NCBI GenBank assembly: GCA_020536535.1
Contig: JAHLWZ010000859.1
Coordinates: 6,447 to 70,446 of the forward strand
Direction of reading: 5' to 3'
DNA length: 64,000 nucleotides
DNA from: Pelomyxa schiedti
Lineage: Eukaryota; Protista; Evosea
This document shows, piece after piece, positions 63,165 through 64,000 of the stretch. Positions within the stretch are counted from its first letter, which is position 1; each line of letters starts with the position of its first letter. The translations under genes and the position numbers were made by a program. The notes beneath the pieces were generated by a model. That model was given only the letters and a program-made list of their open reading frames with translations. It ran no database searches and had not been told where the DNA came from.

Positions 63165-64000
63165 TTAACTTAACTTAAATTCAAACAGGCACTTGAAGAA
63201 AAGGCAGATCAGTATCAGCTGGATTTGTTTATTCTGCATTGCATGAAGCTTAGGGGTTATCTGCAACTTACACATGAGTAAGACAACATGTGTGGGAATC
63301 CAATACCCCTCACTTTTCACAGGTTCGAAAAGAAGAGTGGAGTATTCTTTGATTGTGCCCACTTCAGAAGTTTAATGGAAGGCTTGAAGTTCTCACATCT
63401 CGGCCTTTACCAGGTTCTTTTTAACATAGATACTAGAACTTCACCTTGCCGACTCCATATCCGGTACCAGCCTCCATTATAATAGTTACTAACTCATCAA
63501 GGTGGTCTTGGCGAAGCTGTGAAGCAATTCTTGACGTGGATAGATAAGAGGATAATACAACCAGAGTTACAGTCCAAGCAAAAGTTACCAGCTCTCACTC
63601 GCGAGTTTGGGTGTAAGTGTTGTTTGTGTTCCTGTAAGGTACCTTTATTGCATTGGTGAGCAAAGGCCCTGCATTCTTCAGAGATGCCAAACTAAAACGC
63701 ACCAAATAAAGTAATAGATACAAAAATTCGAAATGAAAAACTAGTTGTAGATAGAGTTGACATACTACATAATATGACATAGCTTATGCCTTAGCTCAGG
63801 ATCTGATTCCAATAGTTTCCGGAGCTTCAAATGAGCAAAGGTACATTACAACCTCATTGTCTCTGCACTCATCACACTGCTAGATGATACCAGTGCCGGA
63901 AATTGAAATGTTTGAAACTCAACACCAGGAATATCCTGCCAGTGCCGACTGCAAACAGGATTCCACCAGAGCACTTGAGCACATATCCCCACTGACCACA
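63165..64000 (-). CDS. probable 3' part of a multi-exon gene continuing beyond the window
   Basis: Short helical coding-like segments (LRKLLESDPELRHKLCH, LASLKNAGPLLTNAIK, IASQLRQDHLDE) flanked by GT/AG sites. Confidence 0.3.

Overview
Gene-dense, intron-rich eukaryotic DNA with about 27 tightly packed genes. Most introns are ~40-100 nt GT-AG, and a few are GC-AG. Two TKL kinase-SH2 (SHK-type) genes and an amoeba-type actin point to Amoebozoa; the style resembles an archamoeba such as Pelomyxa (inference, not verified). Recognisable genes: RPS30, PUF6/PUM3, a DUF4419 protein, a USP4/11/15-type deubiquitinase, a THH1/TOM1-like membrane protein, two kinase-SH2 proteins, a GH47 mannosidase, an atypical Ras, a GH63-like hydrolase, CSN3, ATG9, a PCL/ASH2L-type PHD-winged-helix protein, a DHHC palmitoyltransferase, a PX-LRR protein, kinesin-14, and MIT- and MIR-domain proteins. 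There is also a decayed Rho/Rac gene. The stand-out is 23052-28362 (+), one spliced frame of roughly 1,500 aa. It encodes an N-terminal charged helix, Pro10, a complete actin domain with substituted ATP-hydrolysis residues, a Sec23/24-type Zn finger, a vWA domain with a second complete vWA domain inserted inside it, and a C-terminal tail. Exon boundaries were read by eye and some gene ends are approximate. No prokaryote-type features (CRISPR, IS, rRNA/tRNA) were seen.
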